Assembly: GCA_965200965.1 (NCBI GenBank) | Contig: OZ241744.1 | Span: 1,024,001 to 1,088,000, forward strand | Direction: 5' to 3' | DNA: 64,000 bases | From: an uncultured Candidatus Binatia bacterium | GTDB taxonomy: Bacteria; Desulfobacterota; Binatia; Bin18 | Shown: one piece after another, positions 36,790 to 46,322 of the stretch | Layout: every line of letters begins with the position of its first letter | Numbering within the stretch: the first letter of the stretch is position 1 | The notes under the pieces: generated by a model | What the model saw: only the letters and a program-made list of their open reading frames with translations | The model's database searches: none | What the model was told of the DNA's origin: nothing | Position numbers and translations under genes: made by a program

Positions 36790-39693
36790 TCAGCCCAGGC
36801 TCGCCAGGACTGCTCTGGCGTCTTGGGCGTCTGGGGTGTCAAGCCCTTCGCTGAACCAGCCGTACACCGAGGCGAGAGCCTGTTGGGCCTGTTGCATCTT
36901 GCCCTGTCGCTGCCACAGACGGCTGAGGCTGAGGGCGGCGCGCAATTCCCAGGACTTTGCGCTCTGACGGCGGGCAATTTTCATGGCCAGCAACAAACAG
37001 TCTTCGGCCTCTGAAGAGGCGGCGTGAGGTCCCCCGTTCTCCCCGGCCAGCAGCAACTCGCCCCGCAGCCGGTACAGCTCGGGTTCGCAGAAGCGTTCGT
37101 CTGTGCTCCGAATGATGCCCAGCGCGTCGCCCAGGACGCGCACGCCCTCCTCAGTCCGGCCGGCCAGGCCGCAGGCGTCGGCCAGCAGGCCGAGCAAATA
37201 GGGTCTGCCCCAGCCAACCCCGCTCTTCTGGGCGCGGGTCAGCCCCCGGTGGCTCTGCTTAACGCCATCTTCGGCCTGTCCTTGCCTGGCCAGCGCCCAG
37301 CCCTGGAGGACAGTGGCCACGGCAGACGGGAAAGACAGGCCGTGTTCGGTGGCCAGGCTCAGCCCCCGGCTGGCCTGCTCGTGGACCAGCTGCCACTCCC
37401 CGCGGTGCTGGTGGAGCCAAGCCGAGCACAGGACCGCCCAGACCAACTCAAGCGGAGAAGTCGCCTCGTGGGCCATACGCTGGGCCTGTTCGTTGAGGCT
37501 CAGCGCCTGCTCGGGGTAGCCGAGATACCAGACAGTCCAGGCCGCCACAGAACAGGCCGTCGTTTTCGGGTTGGTCCCGTAGCGAAGCGCCAGGCTGCGG
37601 TGTTTGTTGGCCTGGTAGAGGGCGATCGACTGCTCAAAATGCTCACGCGCTGCCGTGTACTCGCCCAGCCACAAACACACCATTCCGAGGCCGACCTGCG
37701 CGCTCAGACGCAGAGCGCGTTCTCCGGCCTGTTCGGCCAGGCTGAGCTGTCGTTGGGCCACCTCACGCGCGGTCCGGTACTCGGCCCGAGCCGCATAAAA
37801 CTGGCCGACGCTATACAGCAGGGGAGAGAGCCTGCGGTCATCCGCCAAGCGTGAGGACAACTCGTGCGCCCGTCCATACGCCTGCTCGACCTCAGGCGTG
37901 CTCAAGCTGTGTTCGGCCGCCAACACCCGGCCCAGCCACGCCTGGAACGCAAACTCGAGCTGGTCGCGCGCCGCGGCATCGGGCAGCTTCGGCAGCGCGG
38001 CCAAGCCGTGCCGAAGCTGCCCGGCCGCCTCGCGGTAGGCCGCTTGGTGGTAGGCCCGTTGTCCGGCCTGGAGCCAATAGGCCAGGGCCGGTTTGATCGT
38101 CTCGGCCCTGGCATAGTGACGCGCCACCCACTCGGGTTGGGTCTGGGCAAGCCCGGAGCAGCGCTGGGTCAGGAAGGTTGCGTAGCCGTGGTGATATTTC
38201 CGGCGTGTGGTGGGTGGTATGGACGTGTAGGCGGCCTGGTGGATCGCGTCATGGGCAAAACGATAGTGCGCCTGAGGAACCGGGCCGTGCTGGACAAGCA
38301 GCCCGGAGCGGACTAACTGGGTGCATCGCTCCTGGAGGCAGCTCTCGTCCGTAGACAACAAGTGCCGCAACGTTTCATATGAAAAGGCGGGACCGAGCAC
38401 CGCCCCAAGTTGGACGACCTCCCGGGCCTGGGACAGCTTCTCCAGCCGGGCCGCCAGCGCCTCGGCCAAGGTCGTCGGCAGCAGTTCGGCGGGTGGAGCG
38501 TGGAGGCCGTCGCCCGTGGGCAGGGCTGAGTCAAGAGCGAGTGCGGTAAGCGCTTCGGCAAACAGCGGAAGGCCGGCACTGGTGGTGGTAATGGCGTGGA
38601 GCAACTCGTCAGGGAGGGCCGTCCCGTCGGCCAGACGCCTGACCAGCGCCTCGGTGGCCGGCGCTTCCAGGGGGTCAAGCGAGAGCGGAGTCAGGGAGGA
38701 ACGGTTTGACCAGGGCACGACAAACTCCGGTCGAAAGGTGCAAACGGTGAGCATTCGGAGTTGGGGCGTCTGCTCGATCAGCCGGCCGAGAAGCTCCAGG
38801 GTAGACGGGTCGGCCCAGTGCAGGTCCTCCCAGCACAGAAAGACGGGGGAGTGTTGGGCTTCGTGGAGCAACCAGGCGGTCAGCCCGGCGTACACGCCCC
38901 GACGGTCCAGGTGCGGAGACACCGGCTGCGGTCCGCCGCGGTCGTCAAGCGGGACCGACAGCAGACGGGCAAAGATCGGCAGCATCTCATCCGCCGCCAG
39001 ATCATGCGTCCGCAAGAAGGTCTCCAGCCGATCAAGCCGTTTGTCGGTCGTCTGCCACTCCAGGCGATGCTGTAAATGGTCAACAACAGGCCGCAGCGCG
39101 GACAACTGGCGGTCGGACTGGCAGTGAAAGCTGAGACACCGCGCCCCGTCTTGCCGCGCGACGTGAGAGAGCCAGTCCACCAGCCGGGATTTCCCAATCC
39201 CTGCCGCGCCACTCACCAGGACGACTTGGCCAAAGCCCTCCTTGCTCTGCTCCCGACGGAGTTCACACAGGCCGACTTCCACATCGCGGCCAAACAGAAC
39301 CGGCGGATGCTGGTCCTGTCCGGCTCCAGGCGTGGCGTCTTGGCTCGGGTCGGGCTCATCTGCCGCGGGGCCGCTTGGGGTTTCCTGGGCCGGAGGGACG
39401 GACGGCGGCGAGCCGTTCCCGTCAGGCGGGCCGGCTGGGGCGGGCCGGGGAGCGGGCGGCTCAGCCACGGGCCGGTCCTGCCCGGTCCAGACCAGGCCTT
39501 TCCCGTCTTCGTCTGTCGCCAGCCGCTTGAAGACCAGCTCAGTACGCACATCCTCCAGCAGCGCCTCATCGCAGCCCAGACCACGTTTCAGAGCGTGGTA
39601 GCTGCACCGCCCTTCCTGCCGGAGACGGGCGATCACGACCGGCAGCACCTCCCACAGATCGGACGCATCAAACCCACACCGAGCGCAGCGCAT
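36790..39693 (-). CDS. STAND-type AAA ATPase with TPR C-terminus, cyclase-associated architecture but no cyclase domain
   Basis: LFGRDVE, Walker A GAAGIGKS, Walker B WEDLHWADPST, YRFAH..I..AAY, TPR region ending AKSWELRAALSLSRLW..QG. Confidence 0.85.
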   Translation of the reverse strand: MRCARCGFDASDLWEVLPVVIARLRQEGRCSYHALKRGLGCDEALLEDVRTELVFKRLATDEDGKGLVWTGQDRPVAEPPAPRPAPAGPPDGNGSPPSVPPAQETPSGPAADEPDPSQDATPGAGQDQHPPVLFGRDVEVGLCELRREQSKEGFGQVVLVSGAAGIGKSRLVDWLSHVARQDGARCLSFHCQSDRQLSALRPVVDHLQHRLEWQTTDKRLDRLETFLRTHDLAADEMLPIFARLLSVPLDDRGGPQPVSPHLDRRGVYAGLTAWLLHEAQHSPVFLCWEDLHWADPSTLELLGRLIEQTPQLRMLTVCTFRPEFVVPWSNRSSLTPLSLDPLEAPATEALVRRLADGTALPDELLHAITTTSAGLPLFAEALTALALDSALPTGDGLHAPPAELLPTTLAEALAARLEKLSQAREVVQLGAVLGPAFSYETLRHLLSTDESCLQERCTQLVRSGLLVQHGPVPQAHYRFAHDAIHQAAYTSIPPTTRRKYHHGYATFLTQRCSGLAQTQPEWVARHYARAETIKPALAYWLQAGQRAYHQAAYREAAGQLRHGLAALPKLPDAAARDQLEFAFQAWLGRVLAAEHSLSTPEVEQAYGRAHELSSRLADDRRLSPLLYSVGQFYAARAEYRTAREVAQRQLSLAEQAGERALRLSAQVGLGMVCLWLGEYTAAREHFEQSIALYQANKHRSLALRYGTNPKTTACSVAAWTVWYLGYPEQALSLNEQAQRMAHEATSPLELVWAVLCSAWLHQHRGEWQLVHEQASRGLSLATEHGLSFPSAVATVLQGWALARQGQAEDGVKQSHRGLTRAQKSGVGWGRPYLLGLLADACGLAGRTEEGVRVLGDALGIIRSTDERFCEPELYRLRGELLLAGENGGPHAASSEAEDCLLLAMKIARRQSAKSWELRAALSLSRLWQRQGKMQQAQQALASVYGWFSEGLDTPDAQDARAVLASLG

Positions 39694-39850
39694 GTCCCTC
39701 CCTTCGGCCCGTCAGGAACGAGTCATGTATAAGGTTCCGGCCGGTAGCTCAAGCGGCCCGCCTGAGCCGGCCTGTCCGGCCCACCCTCCCCTCGCCCCCA
39801 GGGAGCAGCCATGCTAGCCTGCTCCCCACAAAAACACGAGAGTGTGGCCT

Positions 39851-40507
39851 ATGGGTCCAGACCAACTGCTGACATTCTGGTTTGCCGATGCCGCCACAGA
39901 CCCGCCGGCGGCCAACAAGCGCTACTCCTTCTGGTTCGAGGCGAACCCGGATGTTGACGACCAGATTCGGGGCCGGTTCTCCGGGCTGTACGCCCAAGCC
40001 GGCAGCCGCGGGCTGGACGGCTGGCAGACCGCGGCCCGCTCCTGCCTGGCCCTTGTCATCACCCTGGATCAGCTGCCGCGCAACCTGTTTCGGGGTACAC
40101 CCGCGGCGTTTGGCACAGACCCGCCGGCCCAGCGTGTCTGTCAGCATGGTCTGGAAAAAAATTATCTGGCCCAGCTCACACCCGCCGAGCAAGCCTTCTT
40201 CCTCATGCCGCTCCAGCACGCCGAGGATATCGCCCTCCAGGAAGAGTCGGTCCGACGCTGCCAGGCCCTCCTGGCCCAAGCCCCGCCCGACTGGCGCGCG
40301 TTTCTCAACTCATGGCTCGGCTTCGCCCGCAAACACCTGACCATCATTCAGCGTTTCGGCCGCTTTCCGCACCGCAATGTCATCCTCGGACGCCGGTCCA
40401 CACCAGACGAGCAGGCGTTCCTGGATTCGGGCAGCGGGTCGTTTGGCCAAGCTCCGGCAGGCGAGCCAGACCGGCGGCCCCGACCCGTCTCAAGCGACAC
40501 GCCCTAG
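39851..40507 (+). CDS. DUF924 family protein
   Basis: LLTFWF, LDQLPRNLFRGT, LMPLQHAED, RFGRFPHRN. Confidence 0.9.
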   Translation: MGPDQLLTFWFADAATDPPAANKRYSFWFEANPDVDDQIRGRFSGLYAQAGSRGLDGWQTAARSCLALVITLDQLPRNLFRGTPAAFGTDPPAQRVCQHGLEKNYLAQLTPAEQAFFLMPLQHAEDIALQEESVRRCQALLAQAPPDWRAFLNSWLGFARKHLTIIQRFGRFPHRNVILGRRSTPDEQAFLDSGSGSFGQAPAGEPDRRPRPVSSDTP

Positions 40508-40580
40508 CCGCACACGCTCTCGAACTTCCGCCACGAAAATGCTGCGCGTGAAAGCCGAGGCGGCGGCCCCGGCCCGGCGG

Positions 40581-41033
40581 CTACGCCTGCGCCTCTTTGC
40601 CCACGACCAAGACCGGGCACGGGGCGTGACGGACCACCCGCTCAGCCACACTGCCGAGCAGGACATGGCTCAGGCCTGTCCTGCCATGTGAGCCCATCAC
40701 AATCAGGGTGCTCTTGGCCTGTTCGGCGATGGTACAGATATCGTGAAACGGTGAGCCAAGCACGACCGTGGTCTTGATCGCGCCCCCCGGCTTGTCAGCC
40801 CGGTCGGCCAGTGCCGCGATCTGCTTCCCAGCCTCATCCTTCAGGCTGCTCTCATAGTCGGCCGGATTAAACCCGCCCTCCCCGATCATCATCGGCGGGT
40901 AGGTCGGGGTGGGGACGACGTGCAGCAGTTCAAGCCTGGCCTGCCACTTGTCGGCCAACTCGAGCGCCCAGGCAAAAGCCCGGTCCGAATACCCGGAGAA
41001 ATCGGTCGGCACGAGAATGGAGTTGATTTTCAT
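40581..41033 (-). CDS. Universal stress protein
   Basis: ILVPTDFS, LIVMGSHGRTG....LGSVAERVVRHAPCPVL. Confidence 0.92.
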   Translation of the reverse strand: MKINSILVPTDFSGYSDRAFAWALELADKWQARLELLHVVPTPTYPPMMIGEGGFNPADYESSLKDEAGKQIAALADRADKPGGAIKTTVVLGSPFHDICTIAEQAKSTLIVMGSHGRTGLSHVLLGSVAERVVRHAPCPVLVVGKEAQA

Positions 41034-41058
41034 CACGAATGCCTTTCTGGTGTGACAG

Positions 41059-41403
41059 TCACTTCGGAGGGGACAACAGGCCGGTGAGGCGTTGTATGAA
41101 TTGCCCGCTCCACTCACCGCCCCGATGTTTGGACAGCGCTTCCAGCTCACCCTTATCGAGCCAGATGCCCTGACACTCCGGACACTCGTCAATCGTGACC
41201 TCGTGGACTTCCCGCTGTCCGAGCCGCGCCCCACACCGCGGACAACGCAGATGGACACGTTCACGAAAGAGTTGCTCCTCTTCGTCGGCCTTTTTTTGTC
41301 TGAGCTGTTCAAGCAGCTCCCGGTCGCGCTCGGCAAAAAACCGGTTCTCCTCGGCGCGCTCTTTTTTGTCCAGGAATTGGCCGAGTCGATCTTTTTCGTC
41401 CAT
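41059..41403 (-). CDS. zf-TFIIB zinc-ribbon protein with IF1-like N-terminal helix
   Basis: KKERAEENRFFAERDRELLEQLR; CPRC...IDECPECQGIWLDKGEL. Confidence 0.85.
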   Translation of the reverse strand: MDEKDRLGQFLDKKERAEENRFFAERDRELLEQLRQKKADEEEQLFRERVHLRCPRCGARLGQREVHEVTIDECPECQGIWLDKGELEALSKHRGGEWSGQFIQRLTGLLSPPK

Positions 41404-41433
41404 TGCTCTTCCTCCTTGGCGGCTCAGCCGTGC

Positions 41434-41841
41434 CTAGTCCATCTCCGTCACCAGTTGCAGCATGTCGGTCTCGGTCACAATCCCGACGAGTTCATCCTTG
41501 TCGAGGACCGGCAGACAGCCAATTTTCTCCTTCAGCATCAGCCGGGCGGCTTCCTGGACCGAGGCCTGGGGAGCAATCGTAACAGGGGGATAGTTCATAA
41601 CTTCTTTGACCGCGATGGTGTCCAGGAACTCCCGTTGGGCCTTCTCGCCATACTTCATGACCGACCCCAGCGAGGCCTTATACAAGTCGCGCTGGCTCAT
41701 CACCCCTGCCAACTCGCCATCCTCAAGGACCGGGAAATGACGTACGCGGCCCAGGGTCATAATGTCCTGAGCGAGCTGCAAGCTATCGTTGCGACCCAAG
41801 GTCGTCACCTCAGTCTTCATGATCTCCCTGACCGTTTTCAT
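41434..41841 (-). CDS. CBS domain pair protein
   Basis: VREIM, RHFPV, IGCLPV, VGIVTETD; RBS AAGGAGG. Confidence 0.9.
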   Translation of the reverse strand: MKTVREIMKTEVTTLGRNDSLQLAQDIMTLGRVRHFPVLEDGELAGVMSQRDLYKASLGSVMKYGEKAQREFLDTIAVKEVMNYPPVTIAPQASVQEAARLMLKEKIGCLPVLDKDELVGIVTETDMLQLVTEMD

Positions 41842-42008
41842 ACCAACCTCCTTCGTGTCACAGCGGTCGGGCAGCCGGTCTATCGCCCAGCGCGCTTCTG
41901 GCATCGCCCAGATTGACTTTTGGCGCACACTGCCCTTTATATGAGTAACATATCTGTTCCCTTTTTTCCAGCAGAGGCACCGGCGCATACGCGAAGGAGG
42001 ACATCCCT

Positions 42009-42923
42009 ATGCCCGAAGTATTTCGCAAAATCCTGAGTCCGGTCTATTTTGATGAAACCTCGCAAGAGGCGCTCGAGTACGCCCGCCATTTTGCCCGGCA
42101 GAACAACGGCAGCGTCTCTTTGCTCCACATTGTCCCGACCGACGAATTCCACCTCTTACGGCGGGTGTATGAGCCTGAGAAGGGCGGTGGGGCCGACCCG
42201 GACTGGGCAGAGAAAATCTCCCGTGAAAAACTGCACACCCTGGCCCAAGAACACCTGAAGGACACCCAGTATGAAATCCTGACCCGTCTCAACAGCGACC
42301 CCGCGGCCGGTATCCTTGAGGCCCAGAAGGACACCGCCGCGGACTTGGTGGTGATGGCGACCCACGGCAGGACGGGCCTGGCCCACCTGATTCTGGGCAG
42401 CGTGGCCGAGAAGGTGGTCCGGGAAACCAGCGGCCCGGTCTTTATCTCCCGGCACGGCGAGCGTCTGTCCGAGCCCCGGTCCTTTGAGAAAATTCTGGTG
42501 CCGGTCGATATTACCGAGCAGTCAGGCACAGCCCTGAGCCATGCCCGGCAGATTGCCGAGCAGTACGCGGCAACCGTCTATCCCTTGCATGTTGTCCCGG
42601 CGGCGGACAGCGATTTGCTGCTGCGGGACGTGTACCGCGCGAGTCCCGAGGCACCGGCCGACCATGTGTATGCCGAAAAAATCGCCCAGCAAAAGCTCGA
42701 CGAATTGGCCCGGACCTATCTGGCTGGGGTCCAGACCCGGACCGAACTGCATGTGAGCGATGATCCGGGGCGGACCATCATCGAAACGGAGAAGTCTATC
42801 GGGGCGGACCTGTTGGTGATGGCAACCCACGGGCTGAGTGGTATGTTCCACCTGCTGCTGCGCAGCCTCACCGAAAAGATGATGCGCGAGGCCGGCTGCC
42901 CGGTGTTGGCCCTGCACCAGTAG
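42009..42923 (+). CDS. Tandem universal stress protein
   Basis: Two USP domains: VVMATHGRTG...LGSVAEKV and LLVMATHG...CPVL. Confidence 0.9.
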   Translation: MPEVFRKILSPVYFDETSQEALEYARHFARQNNGSVSLLHIVPTDEFHLLRRVYEPEKGGGADPDWAEKISREKLHTLAQEHLKDTQYEILTRLNSDPAAGILEAQKDTAADLVVMATHGRTGLAHLILGSVAEKVVRETSGPVFISRHGERLSEPRSFEKILVPVDITEQSGTALSHARQIAEQYAATVYPLHVVPAADSDLLLRDVYRASPEAPADHVYAEKIAQQKLDELARTYLAGVQTRTELHVSDDPGRTIIETEKSIGADLLVMATHGLSGMFHLLLRSLTEKMMREAGCPVLALHQ

Positions 42924-42935
42924 GCCGGCCGACAT

Positions 42936-43184
42936 CTAGCGCGGATCTTTTTTGTCCACCGGCCCGGACTCCGGGGCAGCCGACCACAGGGCATCCTGGC
43001 CCAGAGCGCCCGCGGCCAGATGGCTCAGGGCGTCATATTCGGTCCAGACTGCATCCAGGACTTCCTGCTGACTCCCAACGCCCAGCCACAGGCGGGCTTC
43101 TGCCAGCGGCAGATCGAAAAACAGGGTCCGGTAGGCGGTGGCCAAGTCTTCAAGAGGGGAAGAGGTGTCTGTGCGTTTATCCAT
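42936..43184 (-). CDS. Hypothetical protein
   Basis: Short ORF downstream of the CBS gene; no motif. Confidence 0.4.
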   Translation of the reverse strand: MDKRTDTSSPLEDLATAYRTLFFDLPLAEARLWLGVGSQQEVLDAVWTEYDALSHLAAGALGQDALWSAAPESGPVDKKDPR

Positions 43185-43208
43185 TGGTGTTGGTGTGGCG
43201 GTCCCTTT

Positions 43209-43649
43209 CTAGTCGGCCGGCTCTTGGTCGGCCTGACCCGCCGGCAGCAGGCTTTGCAGGTATGCCAGGAGGTCGGTGTCGGTCAGAATGCCGACCAGTT
43301 TCTTGTGCTCAACAACCGGCAGACAGCCAAACTTTTCGCTCAGCAGCAGGTGCAGGGCCTCTGCAATATCCGTTTCCGCTTCGACTGCCACCACGCGCTT
43401 GGACATGACCTCCCGGACCGCGATCGTGCCGAGCCACTGCTGTCGCTTATGGGCCGACATCTTCAAAAATGACGAGACCGAGGCCCGCAGCAGGTCCCGC
43501 TGTGAGACCATGCCGACCAGCCGCATATCGGCGTGGACAACCGGCAGATGCCGAAAGCGGCCCATGCCCATGATGTCTTCGGCAACGTCGAGCGTATCGT
43601 TGGTTCGGAGGGTGACGAGGTCGGTCTGCATCAGGTCTTTGACTTTCAC
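43209..43649 (-). CDS. CBS domain pair protein
   Basis: VKDLM, FRHLPVV, FGCLPVV, VGILTDTD. Confidence 0.9.
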   Translation of the reverse strand: MKVKDLMQTDLVTLRTNDTLDVAEDIMGMGRFRHLPVVHADMRLVGMVSQRDLLRASVSSFLKMSAHKRQQWLGTIAVREVMSKRVVAVEAETDIAEALHLLLSEKFGCLPVVEHKKLVGILTDTDLLAYLQSLLPAGQADQEPAD

Positions 43650-43835
43650 GCCGTGTCCTTTCCGCCGAGCATCAGCGTTTGCTCTGCAAACACCGCCGGC
43701 TCATGCGTGGCCTGCTGGCCGTCCAACCGTCGGGGCAGGGAAAAATCTCCTTCACCACAGCAACAGGCAATGCGCAGACCCCTGTCGTGGCCGTACTCAT
43801 CTTTATCTGTGTACAATACAGGAATCCGCTCTCTT

Positions 43836-43864
43836 TTGACAAGGCTGCCGGCCTGGTGTAGTCA
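43836..43864 (+). promoter_or_regulatory. Sigma70-type promoter for the cupin gene
   Basis: TTGACA-17nt-TAGTCA with TG upstream of the -10. Confidence 0.45.
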
Positions 43865-43918
43865 ACAGGACGTGACGGTTTTCACCCGAGCCACGAACCC
43901 GGAAAGAGGGGATGATCC

Positions 43919-44374
43919 ATGACAAGCGTTCCTGCTGCCGAGACACTGCTGTATCCCTTTGATGACCGCAATATGCGGTGGTACACCTTGGGAGATTTCG
44001 AGCATTTTGTGTTTGCCATGCTTGATGTTGATACCGAAAAGCTCATTGTCGATTTCATTCTCAAATTCCCGCCCCACCGGCAAATCTTTCTGCATAGACA
44101 CCTGGCCCTCACCAACACCTTCGTCGTGCAGGGCGAGCACCGGCTGTATGAGCCTGACGGTTCGCTCAGGGAGATTCGCCCGGTGGGCAGCTACACTTCA
44201 AGCCCACCGGGTGAGCCGCACCGGGAAGGGGCCGGCGACGGCGGGGGCGTCGTGTTGTACAGCGTCCGGGGCAAGGATGGCGTTCTCTTTGAAGGGCTTG
44301 ATGAAGACCTCAAGGTCAATGTAACGCTCAGCCTCGAGGATTTTGTCGGCGCGTACAAGGAACAGACGAAATGA
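43919..44374 (+). CDS. Cupin-fold protein (ChrR/dioxygenase-like)
   Basis: LHRH....TFVVQGEH, GSY...PG.PH.E. Confidence 0.75.
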   Translation: MTSVPAAETLLYPFDDRNMRWYTLGDFEHFVFAMLDVDTEKLIVDFILKFPPHRQIFLHRHLALTNTFVVQGEHRLYEPDGSLREIRPVGSYTSSPPGEPHREGAGDGGGVVLYSVRGKDGVLFEGLDEDLKVNVTLSLEDFVGAYKEQTK

Positions 44375-44466
44375 GCCGGCTTGCTCACGCTTACCCCACG
44401 CTCATCCCTTGAGCCCTGACAGGCTGCAAGAGGGCGGCGGGCCATGCTTTTCATCGGAGGATGGAA

Positions 44467-46146
44467 TCAGCGCACATAATGTCTGGCGTGGACAGGACGG
44501 ACGAGCAGGTTGGCAAGAAGCCCTACGGCCAGCAGGGCCGCCATAGCGTACATGGTTGTATTGTAGAGGGTGGCCGAGGGGTCAAGGACCCCGGGCGGAG
44601 CGATGTCGAGCAGGGCTGGAATCGTGACCGTCCGGGTCTCAACCAGTTCGGCCAGGGCAGCTTTCCCCGTTCCAAAGGCTCGGACGAAAGCGTTCTCTGG
44701 AATACTGGCGGCCAGCGTCTCAATGGCAGTCCGGCGCGAAGACTCCCGCAACTGGGTAATAGCCACCGGGCCGGCCACCCCGGCCACGCTCCAGGCGGTC
44801 AGCAGCCGGCCATAGATGGCCCCGATATGACGGGTGCCGAAGATGTCGGCCAGATAGGCCGGAATGGTCGCAAAGCCGCCACCGTACATGGTGAAGATGA
44901 TCAGGGTTGCGCTGTAGAACACCACCAGCCACACCACCGTCGGCCGCAGGTTGGCCGCCACCGCGCTGTAAGGTACGCTGAGGTAGAGCACGATGCCGAG
45001 GCTGAAGAAGATGCCATAGGTCGTCCGGCGGCCGATCTTGTCCGACAGGCCGGCCCAGAACACCCGACCCAGCATGTTGAACAGACCGATCATCAGCACA
45101 TAGTTGGCGGCAAAGGCCGCGGTCACGATGGACGGAAACAGGGTGCCAAAAATATCGCTCAGCATCGTTCTGGCCACGCCAAGCACGCCGATGCCGGCCG
45201 TGACGTTACAAAACAGGACCAGCCACAGCAGGTAGAATTGGGGGGTTTGCAGGGCATGATTGCTCTCGACATCGTGGCGCGTCATCATGCCGGCCGACTT
45301 GGCCGGTTCCTGCCAGCCGGCCGGCCGCCAGCCGGTCGCGGGAATCCTGTACAGGAAAGACGCGCCCAGCATAACCGTGAAGTACAGCAGGCCGAGGGTG
45401 AAGAAGGCCGCCGCCACCCCGGTTGAACCGCTGCCCACCACATACACCCCCGCGGCCACATTGCGCTGAGCCGCCTCGCCCGGACCCAGCAGCACCACTT
45501 CGCGCAACAGACCGGCCGAGGTTTCGGCGTAGCGCACCCCGTCACGCGTCAGCAACGACAGGCTGTCCGCGCTGCCCAGATACTCCGGTGTGAGTGCAAA
45601 GCTCGCCAGCAGCCCTTCAATCAGCGGCGTACCCAGCACCGCGCCCCCGCCAAAGCCCATGATCGCCATTCCGGCCGCCAGCCCCCGCCGGTCGGGAAAC
45701 CAGCGCAGCAGGGTGGTGACCGGCGATACATAGCCGAGGCCCAGGCCACACCCGCCGATGATGCCATAGCCCACATACAGCAGGACGAGCTGATGGGTCA
45801 GGATGCCGAGCCCGCCGATGAGAAACCCGCCTCCCCAGCAGACCGCAGCCACGACCCCGACCAGACGGGGGCCGGCCTCTTCCAGCCACTCGCCGGCAAA
45901 GGCCGCGGTCAGCCCCAGACACACAATGGCTACTGAGAAAATCCATACCACCGCCGGCAAGGACCAGTCGCCGGCCGCCGGGGCAACAACGCCCAGGGTC
46001 TTGGTCAGGGGCGGGTTGAACAGGCTCCAGGCGTAGATTGAACCGATGCACAGATGGATGGCGATGGAGGCCGGTGGCACCAGCCAGCGGTTGAAGTCAG
46101 GGGCGGCGATAATGTACCGCTTGTGCAAGCGTAGACGGTCCAGCAT
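44467..46146 (-). CDS. OFA-family MFS transporter
   Basis: IHLCIGS.YAWS.F, GLGLGYVSPV, WFPDRRG.A.G, YGGGFATIPAYLAD.FG. Confidence 0.9.
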   Translation of the reverse strand: MLDRLRLHKRYIIAAPDFNRWLVPPASIAIHLCIGSIYAWSLFNPPLTKTLGVVAPAAGDWSLPAVVWIFSVAIVCLGLTAAFAGEWLEEAGPRLVGVVAAVCWGGGFLIGGLGILTHQLVLLYVGYGIIGGCGLGLGYVSPVTTLLRWFPDRRGLAAGMAIMGFGGGAVLGTPLIEGLLASFALTPEYLGSADSLSLLTRDGVRYAETSAGLLREVVLLGPGEAAQRNVAAGVYVVGSGSTGVAAAFFTLGLLYFTVMLGASFLYRIPATGWRPAGWQEPAKSAGMMTRHDVESNHALQTPQFYLLWLVLFCNVTAGIGVLGVARTMLSDIFGTLFPSIVTAAFAANYVLMIGLFNMLGRVFWAGLSDKIGRRTTYGIFFSLGIVLYLSVPYSAVAANLRPTVVWLVVFYSATLIIFTMYGGGFATIPAYLADIFGTRHIGAIYGRLLTAWSVAGVAGPVAITQLRESSRRTAIETLAASIPENAFVRAFGTGKAALAELVETRTVTIPALLDIAPPGVLDPSATLYNTTMYAMAALLAVGLLANLLVRPVHARHYVR

Positions 46147-46266
46147 AGGGGGCCTTTGTCATAGAGGGATGGGGGAAGGCCACACGCGGCCACGCGCTGT
46201 GGCCCGGCTTTTCTGCCGCTCGGAGATGGAGGAACTCATCTCTGGCGGAGGCGGCCATGTCGTGAC

Positions 46267-46304
46267 AAAAAGAGGGTGGGCACAGGTCCTGCCGCCCACC
46301 CTCT
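46267..46304 (-). terminator. Intrinsic terminator after the LLM gene
   Basis: AGAGGGTGGGC...GCCCACCCTCT stem with U tract on the minus strand, ~20 bp after the stop at 46323. Confidence 0.7.
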
Positions 46305-46322
46305 GTCAGCGGAAGAAGGGGG

